Source: Thalia democratica (Eukaryota). Taken from it: a stretch of 64,000 nucleotides of DNA. A model generated the notes under the pieces. It was given only the letters and a program-made list of their open reading frames with translations, did not search any database and was not told where the DNA came from. Made by a program: the position numbers and the translations under genes. The stretch lies in the NCBI GenBank assembly GCA_965202585.1, contig OZ241828.1, forward strand, positions 18,104,001 through 18,168,000. The letters run 5' to 3'. The stretch's first letter is position 1; every line of letters starts with the position of its first letter. Shown one piece after another: positions 1 to 13,926 of the stretch.

Positions 1-450
1 CTTTAATCATGTCCGGATAAGAATTTTTCTGTATAAGTACAACAAATAAAATTTTCTTTAAATATAATAACTGTTGTATATTATGCAGTCAACAATAAAT
101 AATAAAAGCTCAGCTCCTCTTTTACTGTTTGAAATGTTTTAAACTTTTCTTAACTTTTCAAAATGATTTACGAAATCGATCTGCCTATGCTTAACTGAAT
201 CATTATAAAAGACTTTGGAACAATATTGTTTCTACTATCATACAAACTTTAATTGATTTCTAATTGTAAATAAGGGTTGACACTCGTTTTTTAAAATTAT
301 TTTCAGGTTTTCCAAATTTCATCCACGTTATTAAAAGAACAACTTTTTGTGTTTATTTATAGTTTAAACTTAAGTTTAAGGTAATGAGTTGTGTTAGTAG
401 TATAAAATCATTAAAAAGATACTGTAAAGCTACTTAGAATGTGTTTTTTA

Positions 451-1850
451 CAGGGTTGCCTCTAATTTTTTGAAATTTCTCCAAGTTTTCTAAATTTCTG
501 CCAGGGTTTTGAAAGTACACATTTAAGGGTCTATTTTTAGCTTAAAATTAGGTTTAACGTAAAAAAAACTGTGTTGAATAGTATAAAAATATTGAAAAGA
601 TAATTTAAAGCTATTTTAAATGTGTTTATTTATGTTAAAAATTTGATAGGGATATCATTTTTATCTATATGATAGTTTTTTATGTCAACTCTAAGTTTCA
701 TGATGCATGTAAAATTTGTTAAAGTTTGAGGTTTTTTGAAATTTTTGTTCAAAGTTTCTCAATTTCCAGAATTATTTAGCCTAGATTGTCAAACTCAAGG
801 TTTTTCTAGGATTACAGGTTTTCGGGCAGCCATAAATTAAATTATAAAACTATTCATTTTAAAATATTTTTGACCCGTATTTATAACGGCTAAATCAACA
901 AAATTGATATATTACCTGCTCTCATTTATAAATAATTTTGAGAAATATTTCTAGCTATAAGTAAGTTTAAATCAAAAATTAAATCAAGTCAACAGAATTA
1001 TAGGTCAGATTTGCGGCTGCAACAAAACTTAAAGCCGTAAAATAGGATTTGTCAAAAGGTTTGTGGTAAAAATCTTATTATATTTTGTTAAAGCTTGAAA
1101 AATAAAACTGTCTTCTAAAATGTATTTTTCTAACACAGAATACTTACATTTTTACAAGAAAGTTTTTATTTAAATTTATTTGTATAAAAGGGGTCAGCAA
1201 GTTCAAAAAACTTTAATAAGCTTAAAACAAACTTTTTTCAACTTTATTTTTAGACAAAAAATACAGATAGCTTATTTTAAAACTAGAACTATTTAACCAA
1301 ATTTTAGTTAAATTTCAAGAAATTTTATATGCATTTCACAGGACTTTTTCAGACCCCTATTGTAAAGTGTTTTTGTAGAGCTGAGTTTGTAAAATTTAGC
1401 ATTTAGATTTTAGACAAAAAATATTTCATTATTGCTTTATAAAGAAATATTATAGGACATAAATCAAGTTGAAATAATTAGTACTTAGTGTTTCATAAGG
1501 TATTTTTAGGTTTAAAAGCAGTATTAGTTTGAATTAGTAAAAAAGGTTAAAAAAATCAAAAGTTTTTACAATACATTTGTGTTATAAGGTATGGATTGTG
1601 GTACACTTAACCCATCATAATTAAATCTTACCTTATTTGATTAATATCTTATAAATACTACTTAAGACTACTTTATTTTTTTACGATAACAAACATTTTT
1701 TATCTATATGATATATTTTTTTGTATCAGATCTAAATTTTAATGCTGAACATGTGAAATTTGTTAAAATTCTAGGTTTTCCAGGGTTTTTTGGTGATTTT
1801 ATTTCAAAATTGCATGTTTTTCAAGGTTTCCAGGTAAAGTGGCAACCCTG
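451..1850. mobile_element. hAT-type MITE (TIR AGGGTTGCCA...TGGCAACCCT) carrying an internal insertion of about 0.9 kb; partial tandem copy at 273-450
   Basis: cagggttgcc at 451 and gtggcaaccctg ending at 1850; subterminal TTTTCCAGG repeats; the paralogous element at 39090-39528 is about 440 bp. Confidence 0.7.
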
Positions 1851-2090
1851 GTAAGTGCAACTCGTTTACGTTTGATTCATGTCTAGTTTATTCTTAAAAC
1901 CTGGTATGTTGAGTGTGTCAAACTTATATTACTTTAAAAAGTCTTTACACTTTATCTTTAACAAAAAGTGCTTGAATTTACAACCTTAATATTATAGTCT
2001 GAATTAAAAAAACAAGTTTAAAAAATTTAAAAAATTGTCTTATTTTCTAAAATAAATCCTGGTATTACTAAATCCTGGTATGTTAAGTGC

Positions 2091-2504
2091 AGGGTTGCCA
2101 CTCGTTTTTTATTAATATTTTCCAGTTATTTTTAAATTTCTTCGAGGTTTTTTTAAATTCCACATTTTAGGTCCATTTTTAATTCAAAGTTAAGTTTAAG
2201 GTAAAAAACTGTGTTTAATAATAAAAAAAAATTTAATAAGCTGTTAAGCTACTACAAGTATGTATTATAAAAAAAAAAGCTTGATGATGAGATATTTTTT
2301 TAATTTTTCTGATGGATTTTTCGATTTAAGTCAAATCTTTATACTGAGTATTTAAATTGTTAAAATTCCACATTTTTCCAAGTACAAGTGAATTAAGTGA
2401 TTTTTGTTTAAAATTTCATATTTTTCCAGTTTTTTTTTTGCCTAAATTTTTAAAATCGAGGTTTGTAAAGGTTTTTCTAGGTTTCCAGGTAAAGTGGCAA
2501 CCCT
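2091..2504. mobile_element. hAT-type MITE, AGGGTTGCCA family
   Basis: TIRs agggttgcca / tggcaaccct. Degenerate 8-bp TSD (ttaagtgc / gtgagtgt). The empty site ctggtatgttgagtgtg is seen at about 1901 and about 39581. Confidence 0.85.
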
Positions 2505-3645
2505 GTGAGTGTGACAAACTTATACTACTTAATAAAATTCATACAGCTAAACTTGAACAAAAAGTGCTGATGTTAGTAACTTTTATAATATAGTTTGATT
2601 TAAAATATCAAGTATAAAATAAATTTTACACATTAATTTTCTAAACTTAAAACTTAATCAAATATTAAAAATCTTAAGTTTAATTTAAAACTCTAAGTTA
2701 TACTTTAATTATCATTGTTTGAAATGCTTTTTTCTTATTGATTTACTACACATACAGAGGATTTGGATAACTTAACTAGTTTTTTTTAAAGTTTGAATGT
2801 AAGCTTTACTAGTATTATTTCGTTATACTAATATACTAAATAAAATAACAACTTATACACCAATTAAATTTTTCTTCAGCATGAAAGTTTAAATATTTGT
2901 ATAATACAAAATGTTTAAGTCTTATATTGCAATTTTTTTAATTTTTGTCATACTTAGTCTCTCCGGATAAGATCAGTCTGGATAAGTAAGTATTTTTTAT
3001 GAATATACATCACTTTATATTAGGAGGGCCCTCTTTAAAATAAAAAATCTATCTATAGTAATAAAAAACTAATGTTAGTTAAATCAAGCAAACCTAAGTT
3101 AATAGTTAAGCTGAAAAAGTAAACCAAATTTTAGTCGAAAGCTATAAAAGTACTACTAATCAAGCTTTAAAGAACTAAAATGATAAATTAATGACAAAAT
3201 GGCTTACAATTTTTAACAAAACAAAAAGAAAAAGAGTCAAAAAAGCCTTTAATTAAGGAAATATATTAAAGCTAGCCTGAATTTTGTAAAAATATCAAAC
3301 TATTAAGAATTACCATGCGTTGTCTGAGTGTGTAATAAGACTGTATTAATTAAATCTTACAACCAAATTATCAATGAGCAAAAAAGTAAAAATCCAGTGA
3401 AGTTTATTGTAGTAGGATCCTTGTTTGTAAAACTGTTAGTCATATAGTCAAGTTAAGATTTAGTAATATTTCTTTAAGTTTAGCACTATTAGTGTGAGTA
3501 AAAAACTAATTTTTAAAACAAACAGTTAAAACATGATTAGAAATATTGAAAAAATAAAAATGTAAAGAAATTTTTTTTTTAAATAAGATCTAAAACCACA
3601 GATAACAGTCAAGCAGCGGTTATCAAATATTTAAAAATTTGTAAA

Positions 3646-4000
3646 AGTGTTGCCAATCTTTGAGTAAAAAAAATATTGTTAGTGACCAATAACTGTCTTT
3701 AATCAACTTTATTTATATAGATTACAAATCATTTAAACAACTAAAATAAAATTTTTAAGCGAAATCAGTTATAAACTATTAAGAAATCTCATAAATTTCT
3801 TCCAATATTTAGAAGCAAAATAGACTGAGATTATAAAAAACCTTAAAACTATCCTGGGTGAAAAAAACTGAACTGGCCTGAGTTGTTTTGACACTTAAAA
3901 AAAATCTAAACTAGTTTGAGTTGTCTTGATGTTTTCAAAAACTTGGAACTTTTTTGCTTAAATTTCATTATCAAGAAGCAGCTTAAATATGTGGCAACCT
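3646..4000. mobile_element. Related GTTGCCA-TIR MITE with internal TAGCCTGA-like repeats
   Basis: agtgttgcca at 3646 and gtggcaacct ending at 4000; internal aactggcctgagttg and aactagtttgagttg motifs. No TSD visible. Confidence 0.45.
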
Positions 4001-4016
4001 TAATTAAGTTACTTCA

Positions 4017-4444
4017 AAGTTTGCCGATGTTTTCTCAATTTTTTTTCAGGTTTTTCGAATTTCTTTTAGGTTTTTAAAAGTACACACTTTTGGGTCTAAC
4101 TTACCTTTTAAGTTTCAAATTAAGTTTAAGGTAACAAAACTGTGAAAAATAGTGTAAAAACATTCTAAAAATACTGTAAAGCTACTTTAAACCATTTTGT
4201 TGATTAAAAAAAATTTGAGCTTGACAAAATTTGTTATCTATGCAATAATTTTTTTTGTGTCAAATATAAATTTTACTACTGAACATGTTAAAATATCCAT
4301 GGTTTTTACAGGTTTTTTGTTCAAAATTCCAGGTGTTCAGGTTTTTTGTTTTAATTTTCTCAAATTTAAGGTTTTTCAAGTTTTTATTTGCATAAATTGT
4401 TAAATTCCAGGTTTTTCCAGGTTTCCAGGTAAAGTGCCAACCCT
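4017..4444. mobile_element. hAT-type MITE, AGGGTTGCCA family (degenerate left TIR)
   Basis: aaagtttgccg on the left and aggtaaagtgccaaccct on the right; body is colinear with 2091-2504 and 39090-39528. Confidence 0.75.
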
Positions 4445-7400
4445 GTACTTACAAAAATTATATGCAAACAAGACAATTAAGTACTTAGCTATTAATAATT
4501 AAAAGATGTTTTTTTTTTACTAAATTTTTTTGAAACTCTTAAAAAGTATAATTAAAATAAAAATTAAGCACTTTTTGTTTGAAAATTTCTTTTAACTAGT
4601 CCATTACTATATGCACAGTAAAACAATTAAATGCACACTACTGTGTAAGTGTGAACATTTTGATACAAAGTGAGTCCAACTGATTAACAATGTGCAAAAT
4701 TTAATTGTAGGGTTTTTGAAATGCAGCATCCAAAAATTTTGCTAAGAATACCAGAGATAATTTCTTTTGGACATTTATATTAACAGTTTAAAATATGAAA
4801 TCTAAAGGATTTCTACTAGAAACTGCTCCAAAATAGTACTATACTACAAAACCTTGAAATTTATATTTACAAGCTTTTATGTTTGAATAAAATGATTATT
4901 TTTTATACTTTGGACTACAAGCATAAAGTTTTAATCAAAGTCAAAAATATTAATCATTACTATTACTAACGGTAATTTTGTTTAAACTTATAGTTTTATA
5001 TTATTTTAATCATTTTTAAACTATTACTGATTTATAAATCAAAACTGAATCTTCTAAAATATACTGTACATAACAACAGTTAACATAGCAAATGACTCTT
5101 AGACAATTACAAAAATCTGTTTTATTATAGATCACTTGACATTAGGATTACCTTATAAAAAAAAAGCTGACTTTAGTGAGCAAAATCTAGTTTTAGTTTA
5201 TCAAGCTAGCCTAAGATTATTGTTAATCGAAGTAAAAAAATATGTAAGCTAAAAACTAATATAACAAATAAGTATAAAAAATAAGAAAAATATGTCAAAA
5301 AAATGCCCTCTAGTTTTTTCCTGTACTTAAAAAAAATATCCTGAGGTTTTCAAAATACAAATCAAATTGGCCTGAGTGTTTCAAAATTTTTAACTAGCCT
5401 GAATTATTTTGAGAGTATGGCAACTCTGTACTTAGTTTTGAAAAAAAAAAATTATAAAAGGCAAAAATATTAAACATAGTAAGTTTAGTGTAGTGGGAAC
5501 TCTGTTAGTAACACTTTATAGTATGTGCATCCGTCATTTTAGCATAGTAATAAGGATGCTCATACTAGAGGATGCATATTAGATTATTATTAAGCAACTA
5601 GTTTATCTGTAACATAACTAGTATAACAACAATTTAATGATTTAAAATGATAAAATTTATCAGAATAAATGTTTGCTAGAGTAACAAATTAAACTAAAGG
5701 AACCTCCAGTCATCAAAAACTTTAAAAACTGTAAACAGTAAATTACTTTTAAAGATATGAGCATACAAAACAACTTAGGATTAGTTTTATTTATAAAACT
5801 AATCTTTTTTTATTTTATAGTCAATTGAATAGTAGTTGGAACTATCAAAAATAATATTTTTTTTTAAATAAGGTATATAACATAATTATTGAAAAAATCA
5901 CATAGTCATTGAACAGTAAAACAATTTTACAAAAGCTGCTTTGAAGTTATTAATTTGATAAACACTAAAAAATCAATGTGCAAATGCAAAAGTTCTTTTG
6001 AGGACTTTTGACATTCAACATTCAAATATTATGCTAATATTCCCAATAATGAATCGAAGACAAGTTTATAAGCTTTAACTTTGTTTGATTAGCATTTTTT
6101 TGATTTCTTTTAAATGTGCTAACTTTAAATCATATTAATTTCCTTATTTTTAAACGTAACTAATTTTTTTATTCTAGATGTGCTTTTTATTCTATTGCAT
6201 TTAAAAAAGAATCCATTAGATTGGGGTTTGAATTTTCAAGTGGGGCCCTTTAGAAAAACTATTATTTTTTGCAACTTTTACTCGAACCTATGTTTTACTC
6301 TAACCAATGTTAACTCAAATTTCTTTAATGAGGGATTTTATTTTCACTTGTTGAGAGTTTTAGTAAAACGTGCAGTGGTCATATCTTACATAAAAAAAGA
6401 TTATACAAAAAAGAAGTGTGGACCATTTATAATAGTTATAATTAAGTTTTTAAAACTGTTTTAAATGTTATATATTTTAGGCCTATCAAGTACTTTACAA
6501 AATACTATTAATATACTATTAAAATTAAATTCTTTGTTATCTTTTTTATTTGAGATGAAAGGTTTTATAGGTTCATAAAATAATTTATAGGTTTGTATTA
6601 TACTATACACTTATCTATATTTAAAACTTTATTTTATATGAAGTTATGATTTTTAATCAGTTTATAATTTTAGATTATTTCTATCATTAATACGGATATT
6701 AAAGGCGTGTAAGAGCAAGTTATTAGTAAAGATTCATTAAGTATGTCAAGTACAATTTTATTGGCAGTTGTAACGTTTAAATTAAAATAACAATTTTCGA
6801 TTTGAACTAAACAAATTAAGTTGAAGTTTTACACTAAAAGTTCTTGTGATACCATATATCCTGAGCTTTGCAGTTATATATAATTAGTTTTTATACTTAA
6901 AGAAATAAATCATTACTTGTGATAATTTAGTTTTAATCACTCTGTAGTTTCATATAAAAAAAACTAAAAACATACTCCAAGATGCAGTGAATTGTTTTTA
7001 TTTATAGATAAATTAAAAAAACTTTTTTCTTAAAACGTTTGACATCTGTTATATCTTTTTTAACAAACGTCACTACAAAATCTTGATAACTTAATAGCTT
7101 ATTAACTAGCCTACTGAAATAAATAGTTTCATTATAGATGAACAATTAATATATTTCGTTATAGATTTAAACTTATACATTTATAATAAACCAGTTTGAA
7201 GTTATAAGTTTATCAAGTATTTAAATTTTTTCATACTTTGCTTCAAGAAAATTGTAACCATAAACTACTACTAATAGCATTTGAGTTTGCTTTAGTATAC
7301 TTAAAACTTTAAAATACGTCTCACTTACTATTAAGTTGTTTTCGATTTATTTGTATAAAATATAGAATAATAATTTTATTTAGTCGTTTATTTGATTACT

Positions 7401-9274
7401 TTTGTATACTAACATAAAACGATAACAACATAATTTATCTTTGATAGGTTTTTAAACTTATGGTGTTTCAAAAGTATGTCTTAGGTTTTTAAATAGAGCT
7501 GAGATACTTATTTTTTCCTAAAATTTTGACTACACTAATCAACTCTTTAGTACGTATATTTTGTTAAAATTATTTAGCTGAACTTGATTTGTTTCTTATG
7601 TATAAAGTTCTTTAAAAAGAACAAAAAAGTTTGGTAGTCTGCTGTGAAACGGTAATGTATTTTATTATCAAAAACTAGTTACTCAAGGTATTTTAGTTTC
7701 TATACTTAGTTTCATGTATATAAATAAATTTTAAACCAAATAAATGTTTCATATAATCATAAAAGTTTTGAAAAGTGAAGAAAAGAAGGCAATTAAAAAC
7801 AACGATGTTACTTTAAAGTTGATGGAATTTCGAAAAAAAAAATTTGGTTTAATAATGAATATAGTTTATTTTAATTCAAAATAAAATTTTGGTAAAACTT
7901 TATTCCAATAAAACTAAACTCTATATTTTAAACAAAGATTCTAGCAGTTGTTATTTAATGTATAAAGATTTTAAATAAAATGTTTCAATCTAGCGAAGCA
8001 CTAAATGTACTTAATCAAATGCATTTTGAATCTTAAAAATTACAAATTTATTAGAACTAAAACAAAGTTTAAATAATATGCAATATAGTATCTAAACTTT
8101 AAATTAGCTCAATTTATTAAAACGACCTAAAAAGTTTAAAACACACACTAGCTAAAATGCATTTTTATTTATTTATTTTATGTTCGGTAAAAAAAAAATT
8201 TAGAATTTTTTACTCTAGTTAAAATACAATTAGTCGAACTCGACTAATAATTTGTTAATTACATACTTAACTACTTTTAGAACTTGTATTTTTTGCTAAA
8301 TCCGTTTCAACAGTATATGTTTAATTCTTACTTTTAGATCAGCTCTTTTAAATGCAAAACAACAAATTTTTATTTAGCGTAGAAACATTCGACTGTGTAC
8401 TAAGATTGCTTCATTCCAGAAAAAAATAGATCAACTATTTAAACATAAAAAAATTTCAGATCGAGACATACTTCTTTAAAATTCAAAACTCTTCTAAAAA
8501 CCAAAGATACAATTGTACTAAAACACTTCCTTTAAGTCCAAAGAAAAAAGTGATTTACTTGATTTTTACATACAAATATCAAATTTTATATTATTGAAAG
8601 AAATTAAAAAATAAAATAGATGAGTAGCATGTCAGAAAAAACAATCACTATTTAGTCCTTTTAATAATATCACAACGTAAACTAATTAAACGACTTTTTT
8701 TTTACGTTTTAAACTAGTTTTTAATCAAACTACATATATTACAACATTTATTTTTGAATAATAATTTTAAAATTGCTTTTAAACTTATTTACAGTTTTAT
8801 TAAAACTATCCGTAACACACCTAGTTCTTTCAATTACAGTATGTTAATATCTTAAGCATTTTAGAAATAAACTTTCTGATTATATGTTTTTTTATTAATG
8901 AATAGTGCTTTTTTTTCTTAAACATATTACGATCTACGCTATAGTTTACAACTAAATTACAAGTCAAGATAAAACAAAGTTTTAACAATCAAGTTCGTTT
9001 AAACAGCTTATTAGTGTAACAAGATTCTTTTTTACTACTTTGTTTTACTAATAGATTCATTTAATAGTAAAATAAGTAAGTTTTACTGACTTATCTGTTT
9101 TGTAACAAGTAAAGTTAGGAAGTTGAAGTTTTAATTACCAACTTTAAGTTAACAAAATTATAAAATAATAAAAACTAAAAAGAGTATAAAGAAGTGTGAA
9201 CATAAGAAAAATAATCTTGCGTTTTTTAAACAAAAAACTTTTAATTAAGGTCGCTATAAATCAATATATATTTG

Positions 9275-9403
9275 CGAAAATGATGCAAAAGATCAATTTC
9301 TCGCTATAAACTTTTTTTCAGTCTCTATGTTAAGTCAAGGTCTATCTGTTTTATTGTAATTATTTTTTTAATTTTCAATTAGTTTCTATTTAAAATCACG
9401 TCA
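9275..9403 (+). promoter_or_regulatory. Palindrome+CRE module (putative regulatory)
   Basis: cgaaaatgatgcaaaagatcaatttctcg (29 bp); tcacgtca with its centre 124 bp from the palindrome start. Strand convention for all modules: + means the palindrome precedes the CRE on the + strand. Confidence 0.6.
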
Positions 9404-12040
9404 TTCAGTGTAAAGTTATACATAAATGTATCGTATTAAAGTATTACATTTTAAACAGCTTTGAAATTTCAATCAGTCGCTAAATTTGAAATCGAAACTA
9501 TGTATAAGAAAAGCTAAGTATAAGTCCATCAAACAAAATAAAAGTTAAACCAAAAACTTTACAAAGATAACTCATATAACTAGTTTTAGTTCAAGAATAA
9601 AAAAATCTTAAAAAGATCTAAAAAAGAAAAGGCTTATCATGAATTATGCTTGAAAACTCAAATAAATTGCGTTCAACATTTGTAGAATAATAAAAAAACA
9701 CAATTAAAGGTAAATATTCTACCTCATTTAGTTTACTTTAGTTGTTTGTATATTTTTAAACCGAAACTCCATGTATTCTGTTTTTAAGTTAACAAATAAC
9801 ATACATATATTTCTTAAATTTAATTTTACTTCAATCAAAAAAACTTTTTGTAAATAAAGTATAATGCAGTTAGAAATTTAATAAGTTTTAAAATTGTAAT
9901 AAAGTTCCTAAAATAACAAAGTACACATTTGTTTTATTAAGGATTCAAGTTTTAAATAAAAGATTAAAAAAGATAAGTATCATATATTATATAGGGATGG
10001 TAAAATTAAAGTAGATTTAATTAAAAAAAAAATCTAAATTCCTAAGTGTTTTTTTAACTACAGCGTTACTTACTTAAAATTTAGTTATGAGTTTTGCTTA
10101 ATCTTCTGAGTAAACACACACCAAAGTACCTATTTTAAATCTAAATAACATAGTATAGTATCAAAATGATTTAAAAAATATAGTGTTAATTTTATTGTAA
10201 TTTTTTTACTGTGACTGTATTAAATGTGTAAACTGAAAGTTTGCAATGAAAACAATAACACTTTTTAAATTTCGTTACAAATAGTTTCTTTACTAGCTTT
10301 GCTTGTTTACTTAATACTTATTATTTAATCTTAAGTTTTTCTTAGTTTTTATAATGTTAGTCGTTAGCTAAAAACAATTTGTAGTTTTTAGTTAAAAATG
10401 TTAAACATTTCTAAAATTGGAGTTTATTGATTTACATAAGTAAAACATATAAAAATAATACCAAAATTAAACTAAAACAATTAACATGTAAAAGTTTACT
10501 GTATAATAAATTTGGGATTTTTAGATTTTTCTATTACGAGTTATTAGTTTTGTTACTAACTGATTAGATAAATTTAAACTGTGAAGTTATAAAACTACCA
10601 CTTATGCAATTATTAAACATAACGTTTTTTAATTAATATAAACAAATATATTTCATATACTATTGTTATTTTATCTTTTGCACCAACAAAATTTTTATAT
10701 TTAGATAGCTAAATGAGATTGATTTTGTACAGCTAAAATAAGAGACAGGTATTTTTAAAACTTCAATTTTTTATTTTTAATTATTATAGTTATACTTGTT
10801 TACTTAATTACTAAATTAATTTAGTAAATACATTTACTCACGCCAATAATTTTTAATTTATTTGTTTATAGTGATTATTAAATAAAACTTTTGAATAAAA
10901 CTATTAGAAATCCGTAACTTATCACAATATAGATGCATAGAATAACTATCAATTACTAAACCTAAATACATGTAACCAATAGGTAAATCTTTTATGGTTA
11001 GTTATTAACAAATTTAACTACAAGAAAAAAGGTCTGTAATACAAAACAAAATAAAAGCTAGGTAGATACTTATACATCTACCCCAGATTTTATCTACAAA
11101 GTAGATAAAACGATACATTTAGTAAGCGATTAAATTTTTTTAAAACAATTTGTAACAATTTAAACACAATTTTCAGATCGTAAATCAACAAAACTGAACT
11201 CAAAAAGATAACCAGTTAAAAATTACGATTAATTTATTTAACTATTGAATAAAAAAGGAAAAACAAAGTATAACTTAAACAAACAAACTGTAAAAAAAAG
11301 TTGGGACTTAATTTTTACATTTCTTCACTCAATTGCTGAATACAAGCACTCTAAAAGTTAATTGCTTTGGCATTTTAATCCTTTTAGATTTTAAAAAGCA
11401 AACTGCACACAATTTATCTATCTACGTTAAAACTTTACTCAATTGGCGGATAAACATCTCTATCATTATTTCGACTTAAAAAAAGTAGAGGGTGCATTAC
11501 CGATTGCAGTAAACAAATATACTGCTACAAACATTTTGTAAATACTCGATACTAACCAACAATTCCACTTTTTGAAAGTAAATTTCTGCGTCCTTATCCA
11601 AGACCACTTAGAACAGACGGCTGTTAGACAAGTCTGCTGCAAAGTCAACTACAAACTTTATGACGTCACCATCGGACAGAAATTTATCAATTGACCACAA
11701 AACATTGTTTTACACGAAGCTTTTGAAAAGCATCATTATGTCTTACACAGTAAAGCTGAAAATAGTTTCTCACTATGATCATTTCAGAATTGATGATTCA
11801 GAAAATCTATGATGACTCACTATTTACAAAAGGATAAATAAATAATTTACTTATACAACTGTTAAACGTAGTTCGATTCAGTGGTCTCTAAATGTATTAA
11901 CAATAAAATTGCTAAACGAAATTATAATAAAATACTATATAACTTAAAATAACAATCAATCGAATTATTAATTTTTTAAAGGCTAAAATACATGAATCAA
12001 TGAAGTGTTCGTTTAAGAAAGAACATGAAGTTGTTTAAAA

Positions 12041-12385
12041 CAGGGGTCAGCAGCTTTTTGTTATTCGCGTTCTCAATTTCTCATAAAATTGATTGCGGGC
12101 CAGAATATTTAGCAAATGTGTTCGAGGGCTATAGATATTAAAAAAGAGTCATATTAATTGCTAAAAAAATACTATTTTCAACCAAATATATAACAAATTA
12201 AGCAGTAAAATAGCACCTTTTAAATTAATTTATAAATTTAAAAGCCTGGTTGTAGGTTTTTATTGTAAAACTTTTAATCTTTTTTTTTTAAGTATGCTTT
12301 TAGCTGAAAAATACCTTGCGGTCAGCAGATTTTGATTTCAAGAAATTTCAAGAAATGCGTTAGGCCTGCACTTCGCCGAACCCTG
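12041..12385. mobile_element. hAT (Charlie-like) MITE, 345 bp; mirrored at 15773-16116
   Basis: TIRs caggggtcagca / cgccgaaccctg; degenerate 8-bp TSD gtttaaaa / gtctaaac; internal gcgggcc motif. Confidence 0.75.
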
Positions 12386-13039
12386 GTCTAAACTAAACTC
12401 ATCAAACAAACTAAAAGCGAACTTATCGTTTGCTTATACAAGATCGAAACCATTAAGAAATTAAATGCAGCAAAAAATCGCTAATAAAACCAAAGGCTAA
12501 CTGCAAAACAGCTAATACTAAAGAAGCTAAGCTTAAGCATAGCTTGAGCTTTGAAATAAAATACGTTTTCTCAAAAAGAGAAAATGTAAGTAGCATTACA
12601 GTAGTTTGATCTTATACCGTGCAATAAATTGTAAATTATAACATATTTAACAAACAATTATAACTACTTTGATAACAAAATCAAAGTTTTTTAAAGTAAA
12701 TTTTTTTTTTTAATTTTGTTGGAACCAATTTTTTAAATTATTTACATTTTATATTTTTTGATGGTACTAAATGTTGTTACTAAAAAAGACTTATTTTCTT
12801 CACTATTTAATACAATTATCTATTAAAAACTTAAATTATTTAAAACTTAGACAATAACTAGTACTTTAGTAATCTAAAGCAACATAAAACAACTAAGTAT
12901 GTTAGTATGTATGCTTTATCGAATAATCGAAACTCAGAGTGCTTTTACCAATTTTTTTTGATATATAGTCTTAGGACTGTAATTAAATATATGTTTTCAA
13001 AAGTAAATTAATAAAAGAGACAGAAAAACGTACTTCTAC

Positions 13040-13926
13040 ACACTGGATGAAGACGAAAACGGCACAAATCCCAAAGCAATCTTCTTCTACCTCCAAATGA
13101 ACTAATGATTCCACAAATTTCATTTTAATCGATTGTTTGTGTTTGTTTTTATTTCAGAGGGTGATATTTTTTTGAAGCCACAAGCAGAATTACAGGTTGG
13201 ACAGAACAACAAAGAATAAAATTAGGTACAAATGAGTCTGGTTCAAAAGGACTATGTAAAGCTTTGCGTCGTAGTTTTGTAACTTTTGGTGTTCTAGTTG
13301 AAATATCTACAGAAGATGTTCCAGAGTTTTCAGCAAAAGTTACCTAGGATTTTCTAAAACAATGGGGTATACACCATCATATGTAATCTGCATATCATAT
13401 TATGTCAAACGGTATAGCAGAACAATCGGTAAAGGCCACTAAGCGATTGTCAATGAAAAACGTTGGTCTAAATGGTGAACTAAATAACGACAGAATGGTA
13501 CAAGCTTAATTTTGCAGATAAATACGCCTGATCAAGGATGCAAACTATCCATTGCACAGATCCTTTTGGGACGGAATTCAAATAAGTCTTTACCTTACTT
13601 CAGAAAGAGCGTTATGACTTACAATAACCCACATATCTCAAAAATGTGGTGTAACGTATACAATAAAAAAAAAACTCTCTCAGTATTCGTTATGTTAAGT
13701 CTCTGAAAAATTTAAGGTGAATACTAAATTGTTGCCACCACTGAATCGCTGTGATATGTCGTGATACTAAATAAAACACGTAACTTTTCTAGCAAGGGGA
13801 AAAAGTGGAGTAATGGTGGAAGTTAAGGACTGCCATCAATGTGTTGTCAAGGTTGATAGATTAGGCCGCTTAGCTGTTCGAAATTGTAAGTTTTTGAGAA
13901 GATTTACCCCTCTTGTTTGCAAAACT
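13040..13926 (+). mobile_element. Decayed Ty3/Gypsy LTR-retrotransposon integrase (left-arm copy)
   Basis: Translates, with stops and frameshifts, to GWTEQQRIKLGTNESGSKGLCKALRRSFVTFGVLVEISTEDVPEFSAKVT*DFLKQWGIHHHM*SAYHIMSNGIAEQSVKATKRL...NTPDQGCKLSIAQILLGR. This matches the Gypsy integrase core (SDGGPEF, WGI.H..SS.YHPQSNG.AE, NTP...SPA..LFGR). Confidence 0.9.

Larger units (their letters stand above)
1..6260 (+). repeat. Diverged segmental duplication, copy 1 (paralogue of 38830-41345), expanded by MITE insertions and internal duplications
   Basis: Colinear shared blocks: taatcatgtccRgataag (4/38833), aataaataataaaagctcagc, ggcaaccctggtaagtgcaactcgttta, aaaaaagctgactttagtga, tagtgtagtgggaactctgtt, gtaaattacttttaaagatatg, gtcattgaacagtaaaacaatttt, aaaagaatccat. 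Confidence 0.9.

Noticed and set aside
2357-4403. ORFs 2357..2593 and 4197..4403
   Set aside because: They are Phe/Lys-rich translations of MITE subterminal repeats with non-ATG starts and no protein motif.
6180-6464. ORFs 6180..6464 (+) and 41201..41389 (-) sharing KKNPLDW.LN
   Set aside because: The shared peptide arises from the small DNA fold-back at the duplication end; the rest is AT-biased low-complexity sequence.
11661-11668. Perfect TGACGTCA (and agacgtca at 62214) as further modules
   Set aside because: No palindrome core about 125 bp away on either side; both lie inside coding-like remnants.
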